Origin: Octopus sinensis
Lineage: Eukaryota
DNA: 64,000 nucleotides
NCBI RefSeq assembly: GCF_006345805.1
Contig: NC_043001.1
Span: 95,604,001 to 95,668,000, forward strand
Direction of reading: 5' to 3'
In this document: piece after piece, positions 52,679 through 64,000 of the stretch
Layout of the letters: each line of letters begins with the position of its first letter
How positions within the stretch are numbered: position 1 is the stretch's first letter
Translations under genes and position numbers: made by a program
Notes under the pieces: generated by a model
The model's input: the letters and a program-made list of their open reading frames with translations, nothing else
Told to the model about the DNA's origin: nothing
Database searches by the model: none

Positions 52679-53744
52679 TATATATACTATGTATGGCTTC
52701 TACAGAAAACAAGTAAAAAATATTTAAGTCATTTCAAAAGTCTTCCAAAAGATCTACAACGGCAGACATATGCGTGCCGAAATATGCGACAATGAAAGCA
52801 ACATCGTTTTATGGACAATATATTGTACCTGATTTCATGAAACACCTCTGTGAAATCCTACTTTAGATAATATTAGACCATCAGAATAAATATTTAAGTT
52901 TCTAAGAATAACTTGCAGAAAATATAATATGAATGTTTGTAAGACTGCGCTTAATTCACTTTCGTACATTCTATTCGCGCACTGCATATAATTGTTCAAT
53001 AATTTGACCAGTGAGATAAGATTTTCATATATGAATCTCTCTCAAGATCTGCTTAACAAGTTAGTTTGTCTGACAATATTACTTTCAATATGATTGATCA
53101 TCACGGTGCAAGCGTGTCAGCATTGATTCTGTAACGCACTACGGTACTAATAGAGAATGAAATGGCAATAAATCTTCCTGCGTGAAGTGCCAAAATCCGT
53201 ATACTTAGATATTTCATCAACGAATGCTTTAGACTGCTTACGATCTATTAGTCATCAACATATCTAGCACAAAAACATACAGTTGCCAGCCAAATAATTC
53301 CAACGGAAAAGATAAATAACCTTGACATGTATATCGACATTTTTACAAGTTAACAAGATTTTGTCTCTCACGCTCTCCGTCTTTCTGTATTTTTCTTTTT
53401 ATCTTTATGTATGCATATGCGCATGTGTGTGAAATATAGTACTGTATTGACCAGACAACACCAGACCAGACGCTCGGATGTTGTTACACACCGCTGGTCA
53501 GAATGCGCTTCATCGCATTTTGTAGATCCTGAATAATGTCACCCCACTGGCTAGGTTAGCTGGTCAACGTTTCCATGAACGAAAGCCCGTCTGTTGCAGG
53601 GTTACCCATTTACTGGTGACTGGACAGGAGAAACCTTAAATGAAAGTTTCGCCCAAGCACACACATACAAACGTTCTACTCTCACAACCGCGGTCTAGGT
53701 TTCGGAATTTGAATATCCTGAGATCTAGACCACACCTACATTAT

Positions 53745-53896
53745 TTACATAATTTACAATTCACGGATATTTGTCCTCATCTTGTCTATTGTTAACACAA
53801 TGTTTCGGTTGATATATCCTCCAGCATTCATCAGGTGTCTTGGGGAAATTTCGAACCCGGGTATTTTTAGATGGTGTTGTTGTTGTTATAATAATC

Positions 53897-53932
<36 letters not shown>

Positions 53933-54176
53933 GTAATAATAATAATAATAATAACAATAGCAACAACAACAACAACAACAACAACAATAATAACATCGAA
54001 AAATAATTTAATTCAGGTTCGAAATTTCCCTAAGACACCTGATGAAGGTTGGAGTGTATATCAAACGAAAATTGTGTTAACAACAAACAAGATTAGGACA
54101 AATATCAGTCAAACGTAAATATTGTAAATAAAGTAAATAGCGTACATAATTCCTCATCTCTTAAATATAGAACGTT
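53745..54176. mobile_element. Inverted pseudo-LTR pair around an (ATA)n/(ACA)n tract
   Basis: 53765-53857 and 54015-54110 are diverged reverse complements. Each carries gacacCTGATGAa. Confidence 0.8.
54035..54077 (+). ncRNA. Type I hammerhead motif, partly decayed (mirror 53795-53838 on minus)
   Basis: acac-CUGAUGA-aggttg...tcaaac-GAAA-att-gtgt. Core and stem I intact; stems II and III imperfect in both copies. Confidence 0.6.
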
Positions 54177-54955
54177 ACAACACACGTCTTTATCTCTCCC
54201 ACTCTTTCGATGTCTCTTCCTCCCACTCTCTCTCTCTCTCTCTCTCTGGGTGTATGTGTATGTGTGTATGTGCGTGTGTGTGCTTGCATGCGCATGTGTG
54301 TGTTTGCGTGTGGTTCAATACCAGTAGAGCCTCATTTATTCCTAGAGAATATCTTCATTTAACATGGTTTGCGCTATTTTCTTTGGCTATTTCTTGTACA
54401 TATTTTCGATAAGATTTGAAGGGAAAAGTATCCGCCATTGCTTATTAACGCTCAGTAGTGAACGAGAAGCCAGCTATCTTTAAGAATAAAGGACGTTTTT
54501 TAAGGTTACATGTTTGGCTTCGATGCTGCTAAGAATCATTATAATAACAGGAGCTTCAACAAGGAAAAATTAACGAGGTAAGCTTAAATAGATATTGTCA
54601 GTTAGAAATATACGTTGAATAAAAGAGATTACACGTACTGTTCACATAAATTTTCGGAATAATTTCAATAAAGCAAAAATCAAAACAACACTACAGTAGA
54701 AACGAACAACAAACTTAGCAAATTCCAAGTTACTTCTCTCCGTTCTTGGAACCTCACATATTATAAATCTACTAGTGGCAGTTCAATAAAACACAGAGCT
54801 TCTATATTCGAAAAAAGGTGCGTATAAGTCACATAAGTTTTGGGAATTATGCACGAGTTTAACATTAAGTCCTGGTTCCATATGATTGACACAATTCTCG
54901 AGATATGTAATACAACATAAATTGAAGGTAGTATGTTACTAGTAAAAGAAAATTA

Positions 54956-55370
54956 TAGGAGTGGCTGTGTGGTATGTAGCTTCCTTACCAACCACATCGT
55001 TCCGGGTTCAGTCCCACTGCGCGTCACTTCGGGCAAGTGTCTTCCATTACAGACTCGGACCGACCAAAACCTTGTGAATGAATTTGGTAGATGGAAACTG
55101 AAAGAATCCCGTCGTATATATGTATATATATATGTATGTGTGTGTATATATATATGTTTGTGTGTCTGTGTTTGTCCCCCCAACATCGCTTGACAACCGA
55201 TGCTGGTGTATTTAGGTCCCCGTAACTTAACGGTTCTGCAAAATAGCTCGACAGAGTAAGTACTAGGCTTACAAAGAATAAGTCTTGGGGTAGATTTCCT
55301 CGACTAAAGGCGGTGCTCCAGTATGGCCACACTCAAATGACTGAAAAAAGTAAAAGAGTAAAAGAGTAGT
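54956..55370 (+). mobile_element. Full-length tRNA-derived SINE
   Basis: Head ggagtggctgtgtggtatgtagc...gttccgggttcagtcccactgc, internal TA/TG tract, tail ggcggtgctccagtatggcc...tgactgaaa then gtaaaaga repeats. Confidence 0.85.
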
Positions 55371-56025
55371 ATATTGGTAGAGTCGTGCCTCTGTGTTCAG
55401 AAACCCATGTCTTCACTACACGGTTTTGATTTAGACTCACGGAACATATCTTTATGCATATCTGCGTCTCAAACAAAGCCTCATGCCCGCAAGTATTCGC
55501 ATTCTAAGGCCTGGAAGTGAGAGAACATAAAAATACTGTGTGCGTGTCAGCGCGCGTGTGTTTTGTGTTCTGTGTGTGTGCATCTAAATGTACGTAAGAC
55601 ACTACAAGGTTTCCAGCTGTTATATTTATAATCAATGCATTCTACGTGTATACCTTTAAAATTCCAGTTCCTGCTGATATATGTACAATTATCATGAGTG
55701 TTAGTATTATTAATCTTCACAATGTAAACGTTGATGCAAAACATGGGCACTTGTAAAAATTCCATTATATCAATATACATAGAACATGTTTTTGAAAAGA
55801 AACTACATTGAACATTTGAAGGCAACTTTTACTAAACTTAAGATAATACGAATCAGCTATGAATGAAGTTATATTTTGGGATTTAGTAAAATAAGTCATA
55901 GATTATTATTCATTTCAGTAAATTAAAATTCTACCGTGGATACGAACTGTAAGCTTCATAATGGAATATACACCACCTCCTTTGCCCACCCACATGCACG
56001 AACGAGAACGTGGCTATCAAAGCTG

Positions 56026-56067
<42 letters not shown>

Positions 56068-56084
56068 TATATATAGTATTTTTA

Positions 56085-56180
56085 CCTCAGAATTAGTCCT
56101 GGGTCGATTTGCTCGACTAAAGACGGTGCTCTAGCATGGCCACAGTCGAATGACTGAAACAAGTAAAAGAGTAAAAGAGC
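56085..56180 (+). mobile_element. SINE 3' fragment
   Basis: gtcctgggtcgatttgctcgactaaagacggtgctctagcatggccacagtcgaatgactgaaacaagtaaaagagtaaaagag matches 55280-55370. Confidence 0.8.
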
Positions 56181-57029
56181 AAATAGCAACAAAGTGCAAA
56201 TATTTGTAAGGATGGATACTAAGATGATTTAGGACAAGAGAGCAATAATTTATGTTGAACATTTGCGAAAAATATGTACTCCGATCTCTAGAAAATAGGG
56301 CAGTTTAAGGCCTTCCAATCTTACTACAAAATAAATATTGCAACAATGATATAGGTGAACCACAAAAAAAGGCTCTAAACCCTAAGAGTTCCTTCCCTGA
56401 AGCAAAAATCGAGAGAAATATAATAATTTAAATGTAGAAAATTCTGGAGGCGATATTACCTAATCTCAGTGTGAAGTTTTAAATAAAAGCTCGCAATGGA
56501 CGGCGTAGCGTAATAACAAAATATCTTGCACCCCATCTATGGTGCTGATCTGGTCCTGAATTAGCATATGTTTCAAACGCCCATAGCTCATGAATGCTCT
56601 GGTAAACTATTTATCAGAACTACGTATTGTGGATGACTTCAAAATAGAACTGGTATATCTTCAAAATACGATACCAGATGAATCAAAGTCTGGACGTGAA
56701 GTGCACGAGAGGGCAGAAGTGAAAAATTCGTTATACACCAATTAAACATGCAGAGTAAATACAGAAGCTGGATGCTGACATGAAAATCCCGCGTTGCAGG
56801 AGAAATCAAATAAATAACAAAGTTGTGGAAATGCTACAAAATCACGACAGGGCCCCAGCATGACTACTACCACATGTCTGAAACATGTGAAAGAAAATAC
56901 AGGAGATAATACATCTGTAATTACAGAAAAAAAACGGAAAATAAATTGCTAATCCTTTCATTTTCTGTATGATATATGTTTGTGTATCAACCATGATAAC
57001 ATAATATACCTAAAGTATTATTTAGGAAA

Positions 57030-57333
57030 GTAGAGGTACATGGACTAGTGATTAGATCAACGAACTCGCGGTCGAGGGATCGCGGGTTCGAATCTCAGAC
57101 CGGGCGATGTGTGTGCTTATGAGCGAAACACCTAAGCTCCACGCGGCTCCGGCAGAATGTAATGGCGAACCTCTGCTGACTCTTTCGCCACAACATTCTC
57201 TCACTCTTTCCTCCTGCATCTTGCAGCTCACCTGCGACGGACCGGCGCCGTGTCCAGGTGGGGAACCTATACGCCAAGGAAACCGGTAAACCGGCCCTTA
57301 TGAGCCAGGCACGGTCCGAGAAGGAACAAACTA
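57030..57333 (+). mobile_element. tRNA-derived SINE with 14-bp target-site duplication
   Basis: Head related to 52191 (ctcgcggtcgagggatcgcgggttcgaatctcagaccggg). TSD tattatttaggaaa at 57016-57029 and 57334-57347. Confidence 0.88.
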
Positions 57334-57762
57334 TATTATTTAGGAAAACAATTACAAAATACACAACAATAAAAAACACAGAATACTTCTATTTTCATGT
57401 AATTTTTATGAGGGAAATAGATTCATAGAGAGTTACTATGAACGAAAGACAAAATTATATTTCGGAAACACTCAAAATAATATACAAATTAAAGTTGATG
57501 CTGAAATCATCCTTACTGCAGAATATGCAAATGAAACTAATATATGTTGTTAGGATGTTACAGCAAATGTCTTGAATGACATTGTTTCTAAAACCACCTG
57601 TCCTTAAATTTATGGAATGAAGTAGCATATATTTAGCAATTCAAAGCAACCACAGAAATAATGATATACGTTATAATACATACACCCACATGCATACGTG
57701 CACACACACACACACACACGTTTCCTTTCATGTATGCACCGATATGCATGTATGTACATATG

Positions 57763-57805
<43 letters not shown>

Positions 57806-57937
57806 TGACAATAATAATGCCAATAATAATATTAGGGAATATAATTCCAAACATAAATATATATATATATATGTATGTATATATGTATATATATTTACAT
57901 ATATATATATATTATATATATATATATATATATACGC

Positions 57938-57979
57938 AAGATGCAGGAGGAAAGTGAAAGTAAGTTGTGGCGAACTTAT

Positions 57980-57982
<3 letters not shown>
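57938..57982 (-). mobile_element. Inverted fragment of the 57030 SINE core
   Basis: caagatgcaggaggaaagtgaaagtaagttgtggcgaa is the reverse complement of ttcgccacaacattctctcactctttcctcctgcatcttg (about 57184-57222). Confidence 0.75.
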
Positions 57983-58035
<53 letters not shown>

Positions 58036-58143
58036 TATATACATTTATATGTGTATATATATATATATAAATACATATGTATATATATGTGTGTGTGTGT
58101 GTATGTATAGTTATACATGCGTAGATACATACATACTTACACA

Positions 58144-58208
<65 letters not shown>

Positions 58209-59047
58209 GTATATAGTAATAACGTGCGTAAATATTGTTAAAAGAAAACCTTACTTTACTTTACATCATTCAAAAAACTGTCATTTGCAGCCTGAAAATG
58301 TTGCTTATTTAAGCATACGTCACGTTTCTATAAATCCGTATGACAAGAAAGTATATTTATAAAGCTTAATTCATATGAACATACAAATTACCAGTTTACT
58401 TCTTACATACCTAAGAGATTTAACTCTTCAAACGTCTTCTGTGAGGGAAATAATCTTATTTCCTAATTCATTTCCTGCATTCAGTTTTTAAACTACACAA
58501 TGAAATTAAAATGAACCAGAAATATTCTATCCAATTTCATACGAAGAACGATTTTTTATAATCCATATAAAATTGTTAGATATGTTATTGTCGTTCAAGT
58601 TTTCGTTATGATGAACATCCATAAGAATATGAAGGTGTACCGAGCGTAAATTCTGATTCTAGCTCTTACATAATGCAACCATATATACAGTACACACAAC
58701 GGCCAACAAAAGATATATCATCCTACATAGCTTGTTTAATATTTCAGGAAAGCTTCTCTTGTCCAATCTATCCTAGACTATACCCCAAATGTTTATTACT
58801 ATCTACAAATTATTCTCGTGTGATGGAAAACACTGATTATAGTGAAGACTAGTAAAGTTGATTATTATCAATGGAAGCAAATGATATAGTTTATGATATG
58901 CAACGATAGCGTGTGTTTTGGTAAGTAGAGATTGTATCTGAAGGTGACTGCTCAGTAGCAGACGTATGCGATACTTAACATGAGTTGCAGCAGGTAATCT
59001 GATGTTTCTTAAGAAAGACCTTTTATGGGTTTGCTCGGTAGCAGTGG

Positions 59048-59085
<38 letters not shown>

Positions 59086-59205
59086 TATAATGTGTGAAAT
59101 TCGATTTAGTAGTTCTAAATTGAATTTTTTCCTTGTAAGTTAGGATTAATATTCCTCAAATAATAGTAATTATTATTATTATATATATATATGTATATAT
59201 ATATG

Positions 59206-59314
<109 letters not shown>

Positions 59315-59408
59315 GTATATATATATATTATATATATATTATATATATATATATATAATATATATATATATAATATATATATATATATACATATACATAC
59401 ATAGATAC

Positions 59409-59494
<86 letters not shown>

Positions 59495-59794
59495 TATAAA
59501 AGTAAATAAATGGTATAACGAAGCACCGATATTTACTGGAAAATAGCGAACGTAATAAATACGACGCTAATGTATAGCTTCACTGCGTATGTACTAATAA
59601 AGTTGCGCGTGTGCAACAAACATGAAAAATTTGTCTTACCTCTAGGAAGAACATCTGAAAAATGAAAAACCTAGATAACGGATAATGCATAATTTATGTA
59701 TAATTTTACCCTCACGGTCTATCCTTTACTGGAAAGCAATACTCCCGTATCGCATTACTATTTTCATCATATATAAATATATATATATATTTGT

Positions 59795-62700
59795 CTCTGG
59801 TTTCAGCTCAGAGATGCGGTCATGCGGATGCACCGCCGTTTTGTGCTACACTGTTATTGCGAAGAACCTTGTCTAATATGTGGCACTTGGTGAAGAATGG
59901 AGTTTGATATAACTACTCTCATTTGCACCTCTTGCCGTGAGGTAGGTTCACCTGGGACTATCGACAGGAAGATGTCCAGCTTTGATTTAAAAACCGCTAC
60001 ATCTGCTTTGTGCAAGTTCCTCAGACTCTTTGGGAGAATATTAAAAAGCTGTGGGCCCTTGAAACCCAGGCTGTTGCAGAAGCTGGTCCTGAAGCGTGAT
60101 GGCATTGCTGGGATCTTTGGCGCTATACAGTGTCGTCCCGTTCTAGCATTGGTGTAGCTTACAATGACAAAATTTGGCACAATTTCTTCCAGGATCTTCC
60201 AGACATATATTACTCCATACCTCTCCCGTCTTCTCTCCAGGGAGTAGAGTCTTAGCTGTTTCAAACTTTCCCAGTAGCTGAGCTGTTGCAAAGAGACGAT
60301 CTTCTTTGTGAATCTTCTCTGGATTGCTTCAAGGTCCGCTGTTAATTTTACACTGGTGGGTGACCATAGCTGTGAGCAGTAATCCAGGCGGCTGAGGACG
60401 AATATCCATCATGGTTTCCTTATCTCTGGTTCTGAATGTTCTTAGGATCCACCCAGCCAGTCGTCTGCACTTTGTCGCCATCCTGGCAATGTGCACTTGG
60501 AAAGAGGTATCATCACTCATGTCGATACCCAGGTCCCTCACAGACTTAAGCTCTGGGATTGAAATTCCCTGTGGACCGGTGTATCCTGTAAGTTTAATAT
60601 TCAGTTTTGGATGCTGGTAGCGCAGGGCCTGGAATTTTCCAGCATTAAACTGCATATTATTATCCTCAGCCCATCTGTAGATTGAGTCCAACTCCTGCTG
60701 CAGGTGTGCAACATCGCTGGGGTTCTGTATTTTCTGCGAGACTTTCGTATCGTCTGCGTAGCTGGCCAGAGTGGCTATCCGGGCATTTGAGGGCATATCT
60801 GAGAGGGCCACTATAAAAAGCAGTGGTCCCAAGACAGTGCCCTGTGGAATACCCCTCACTATTTGTGTATTCATAGAGGTGACTCCATTAACCACTACTG
60901 CCTGACTCCTATCTTTCAGGAATGATCCACCTTGTCAAAAGCTTTTGCAAAATCATGGTAGATTACGTCCACATTTGATTTGTTGAGAAACTGCCTCAAC
61001 ACCAAGTCATAATGTTGTAAAAGGTGGGTCAGGCAGCTCCTACCTGGTCAAAACCAATGCTGGGTATCACTCAGCAAGTTATTTTCCTCAAGGAATGCGA
61101 TTAGTTTCTTTCAGACTATCCGTTCCATGACTTTGCTGATGTGTGAAGTCAGAGAGATAGGCCTATAATTTTTGGCATCTACTCTACTTTCCCCTTTATG
61201 TATTGGGCATATTATTCCCTCCTTCAGCTTGCTTGGCAGTGTGCCATTCGCAAGAAAGCTCCGGAAGAGAATCTTGCGGGGTTTTGCCAGGGCATGCTTA
61301 CTCGCTTTGAGGAGGATGGCTGGGAAACCATCTGGACCAGCAGCTGAGTTTGTGTCCACTTCATCTATGGCTAGTAGGACATCTTTTTCGCTAATGTCAA
61401 TACATTCTATTGTAACCGCCTCGCTGGTTATAGGTGAGGCGCAAAGAGGTCCAGTGGTTCATTCACTTGTCTATGTTCCAACGGGGTGGTAAAGACACTT
61501 TTGAACTGGTCATTCAGCATCTCACTTATCTTAGTTGGACTATCTGTGAGGGAGCCATCTTTTTGGAGGAGAGGTCCTATCTTGTAGTGCACTGAGGCTG
61601 TTTCTTTCGTGTAATGAAAGAAGGCCTTTGGGTTTGATTTAATATATTTTATAACCCAGGCTTCTTTGTCTGCTTTCTCCTCCACATAGGATTGTTGCAG
61701 CCTTTTTTCGATCTCCATCAGTGTTGTTTTTAGGCGGGACGTTTCGCTACTTCTGGGATGTTGGTTGAGACGATTTGCAACGTTCGTCCGTCGTCTCATG
61801 AGGATCTTCCTCTCTCTTGGAATCTTGCTCCTATTTGTTTTGGCCTTGTGCTCTGAGACATATTTCTGGCATACGGCTTGCACAGAAGACATGAAACATT
61901 CTAGTTTCATGTCAATGTCTGGTGTGGAGAGACATTCCGGCCAGTCCTCTCTGAGGATATCTTTTTGGATCGATTTCCAATCTGCTTTGTGGAAGTTCAG
62001 ATTGGGGAGATTTCGGGGGCTTCCTTTAGGCTGTATGTCTCTGGTTACTTTTAGCCCAAACATAGACAGCTCTATTATGTTGTGATCCGAAACTGATGTC
62101 GGTGTCACTTTCACATCATGAACGATGTCCATATTGTTCGTGAAGCAGAGATCCAGAATGTTATTCGCCCTAGTTGGCTTGAGTACAACTTGCTCCATGA
62201 ATAAGGCATTGGTGAGGTTAAGCAGGGACTCCACCTGTACTTGCTTGCAATGATTCATTCCTGAGAGTATGTGACCTTCGGGCCTTTTGACGTTGGGGAA
62301 GTTGAAATCACCCATAAGAAATATGGTCACGTGGTGTTCCAGATCCAAGAGGATTTCTTTAATTCTTGTGAGGCAAACTTCAAACTTGCCTGTGTGATTT
62401 GGGGCATCCGTTGGGCAATATGTATTGCATATGACTATATTATGTTGTCTTATGTATACAATTAAAGTGCCATATACCGAATTTGAGTATGTCATTAAGA
62501 CCTGGGGTGTGAGGTCATCTCAGATATATACAGCAACTCCACCATGGCTCCTTTCCCTTCTGTCTGTTCGCAGTATGGCATAGTTTGGTATCTGTACTTC
62601 TGCGTCCTCTATATCAGGGTTGAGGTGAGTTTCTACAAGTGCTATGCATAGGACTTGATTGCATGCAGTAAGATCTCTCAGGAAAGAAATTTTTTTTCTA

Positions 62701-63270
62701 TTTTGATGCAACAGGCCCCCAATATTTAGTAAAAGTATTGGGGTGACGGCTGTGCAGGCGTTAGGGGAGGGGGCATCCCGAGTCAGTTGACTGTGGTGGT
62801 CTTGCATAGTGGTTGGCAGGGTTCCTTCTCTGTGCTTGGTGTAGCCAGGTTAGCTGCCGGTCAATACTTTGAGCCATGCATAAATAAGACTCTTCCTCAG
62901 CTGCTGCGTTGCGCAGAACATCTGAGGAGCGCGCTTCGTTTTTGAAAGTTTTCCTTGGAGACATTTTTTGTGTTCCCTCGGTAAAGCTTTTCTCTTTGAG
63001 TCCCCTGAAGTTCTGGCGGGATGTCGGGTGGGCGAACCGGCAGATTTTGCCGTCCTCACCATGCCAACATTTGCCCCGCAGGTAGAATGTACAGGTTCTT
63101 CGGTGCCTTCCAGATTTCTTCTTTCCTGAAGTGTACTGGGTGGTATTGGATCCTCCATGGGTTTCTCTGCTGTTTGTTGTGGTGGTTGGGGTCAGCTTTG
63201 GGTGTTTTGCCTTTTCCTCCTTTTCCCTCCTTGTTTTTGTTTTCGGTCCTTCCTTTTTTCTTCTGTTTAT
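59795..63270 (-). mobile_element. CR1-type LINE (CCCH ORF1 remnant, APE, RT), frameshifted
   Basis: TCTFYLRGKCWHGEDGKICRFAHP; LLNIGG, ALVETHL, RTDRRERSHGGVAVY, MGDFNFP, NILDLCFT, SDHNII; GPDGFP, NYRPISLTSH, GIPQGTVLGPLLF, YADDTK, LYSLERRRER. Confidence 0.93.
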
Positions 63271-63283
63271 ATATATATAAACA

Positions 63284-63339
<56 letters not shown>

Positions 63340-63340
<1 letters not shown>

Positions 63341-63559
63341 TTTATTTTAAGCAGCAGAAAATTCCACAAAATCTGTTACTCTGAGTTTCTCGTTGCCGTT
63401 CATTAGACAGTTTTTGCTAGAATGGAACAATATATATTAATTCAATCTATACTCTGAATTAATATATATTGTTCCATTCTAGCAAAAACTGTCTGATGAA
63501 CGGCAACGAGAAACTCAGAGTAACAGATTTTGTTGAATTTTCTGCTGCTTAAAATAAAG
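63340..63559. repeat. 220-bp near-perfect hairpin (105-bp arms, 10-nt loop), followed by a ~70-bp extension, in (TA)n
   Basis: 63340-63444 is the reverse complement of 63455-63559 with 2 mismatches; loop atctatactc. Confidence 0.95.
63489..63526 (+). ncRNA. Minimal type I hammerhead motif (mirror 63373-63410 on minus has a G5A core)
   Basis: Stem I ctgt/acag, CUGAUGA, stem II acg-GCAA-cga (first pair mismatched), GAA, stem III actc-a-gagt, cleavage GUA. Confidence 0.7.
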
Positions 63560-63628
63560 CATATTACTCTACCACTGGTATTTGAGTACTCTTTTTTCCA
63601 CCTTGTTTCACATTTATGTGTTTACTCC

Positions 63629-63665
<37 letters not shown>

Positions 63666-64000
63666 TAATATATATATATATATATATTAATATTATGTCA
63701 TGTATAGATTTGCTTTTTAGACAAAAGAAATATCTTAAAATTTTGGTTTTATGATACGGTTACAGTGATGAACCATGGTGTGGTGTTGTGGCTTGTTCAT
63801 TTAGAGACGGTATTTTTAGATGCATTGAGTAATGTCACTCGACAATGTCTGCGCTTGAGGGTAGGATTAGTTCGTATGATATGAGAATTTGAATGAGAAT
63901 ACTTTTAAAGGTTAAGTTTTACTAATCTGTGAGGTGTGGTAAGTATGAAAGTAATGTGGTGATTATGCATGCGATATAAGTAGAAAGAAGAGAAAATCTA

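Noticed and set aside
53440-53730. Additional minus-strand SINE
   Set aside because: Fragments such as ttcgcccaagcacacac resemble SINE heads, but there is no second copy in the window to confirm it.
56120-56180. SINE tail hairpin plus GAAAC as a hammerhead
   Set aside because: No CUGANGA core upstream of the hairpin; better explained as a LINE-recognition stem-loop.
56500-56900. Decayed CR1 3' coding end
   Set aside because: Only the tail motif near 56855 is recognisable; the protein similarity is too faint to call.

Overview
AT-rich eukaryotic DNA full of (TA)n/(TG)n/(TAA)n microsatellites and transposable-element debris. No host gene is confidently supported, and most of the ORF track is microsatellite read-through (YIYI..., CVCV...). 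The SINE families and microsatellite load look like an octopod cephalopod genome; this is inference from recalled repeat families, not a search result. Recognisable elements are: one IR/DR-type Tc1 (DD34E) transposon; two Penelope-like elements (one with a GIY-YIG endonuclease); a chain of R4/Dong-type LINEs sitting in (TAA)n tracts plus a decayed third family; two near-full-length CR1-type LINEs with CCCH zinc-finger ORF1s; an RTE 3' fragment; several tRNA-derived SINE families; a MITE; and a Helitron/Helentron-like non-autonomous element. All coding elements are interrupted by stops or frameshifts. The most notable hidden signal is a recurring architecture: (TA)n, inverted copy of the 3' end, body, 3' end, short extension, (TA)n. 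Several unrelated families show it. Five of them carry minimal type I hammerhead-ribozyme motifs with palindromic stem III, ranging from an intact core to decayed, including a 220-bp hairpin with one intact and one G5A hammerhead facing each other. Also unexplained: a 455-bp tandem array, a ~470-bp dispersed repeat, and a duplicated pair of 33-nt microexon-like units. Coordinates were read by hand; element ends can be off by a few bases.
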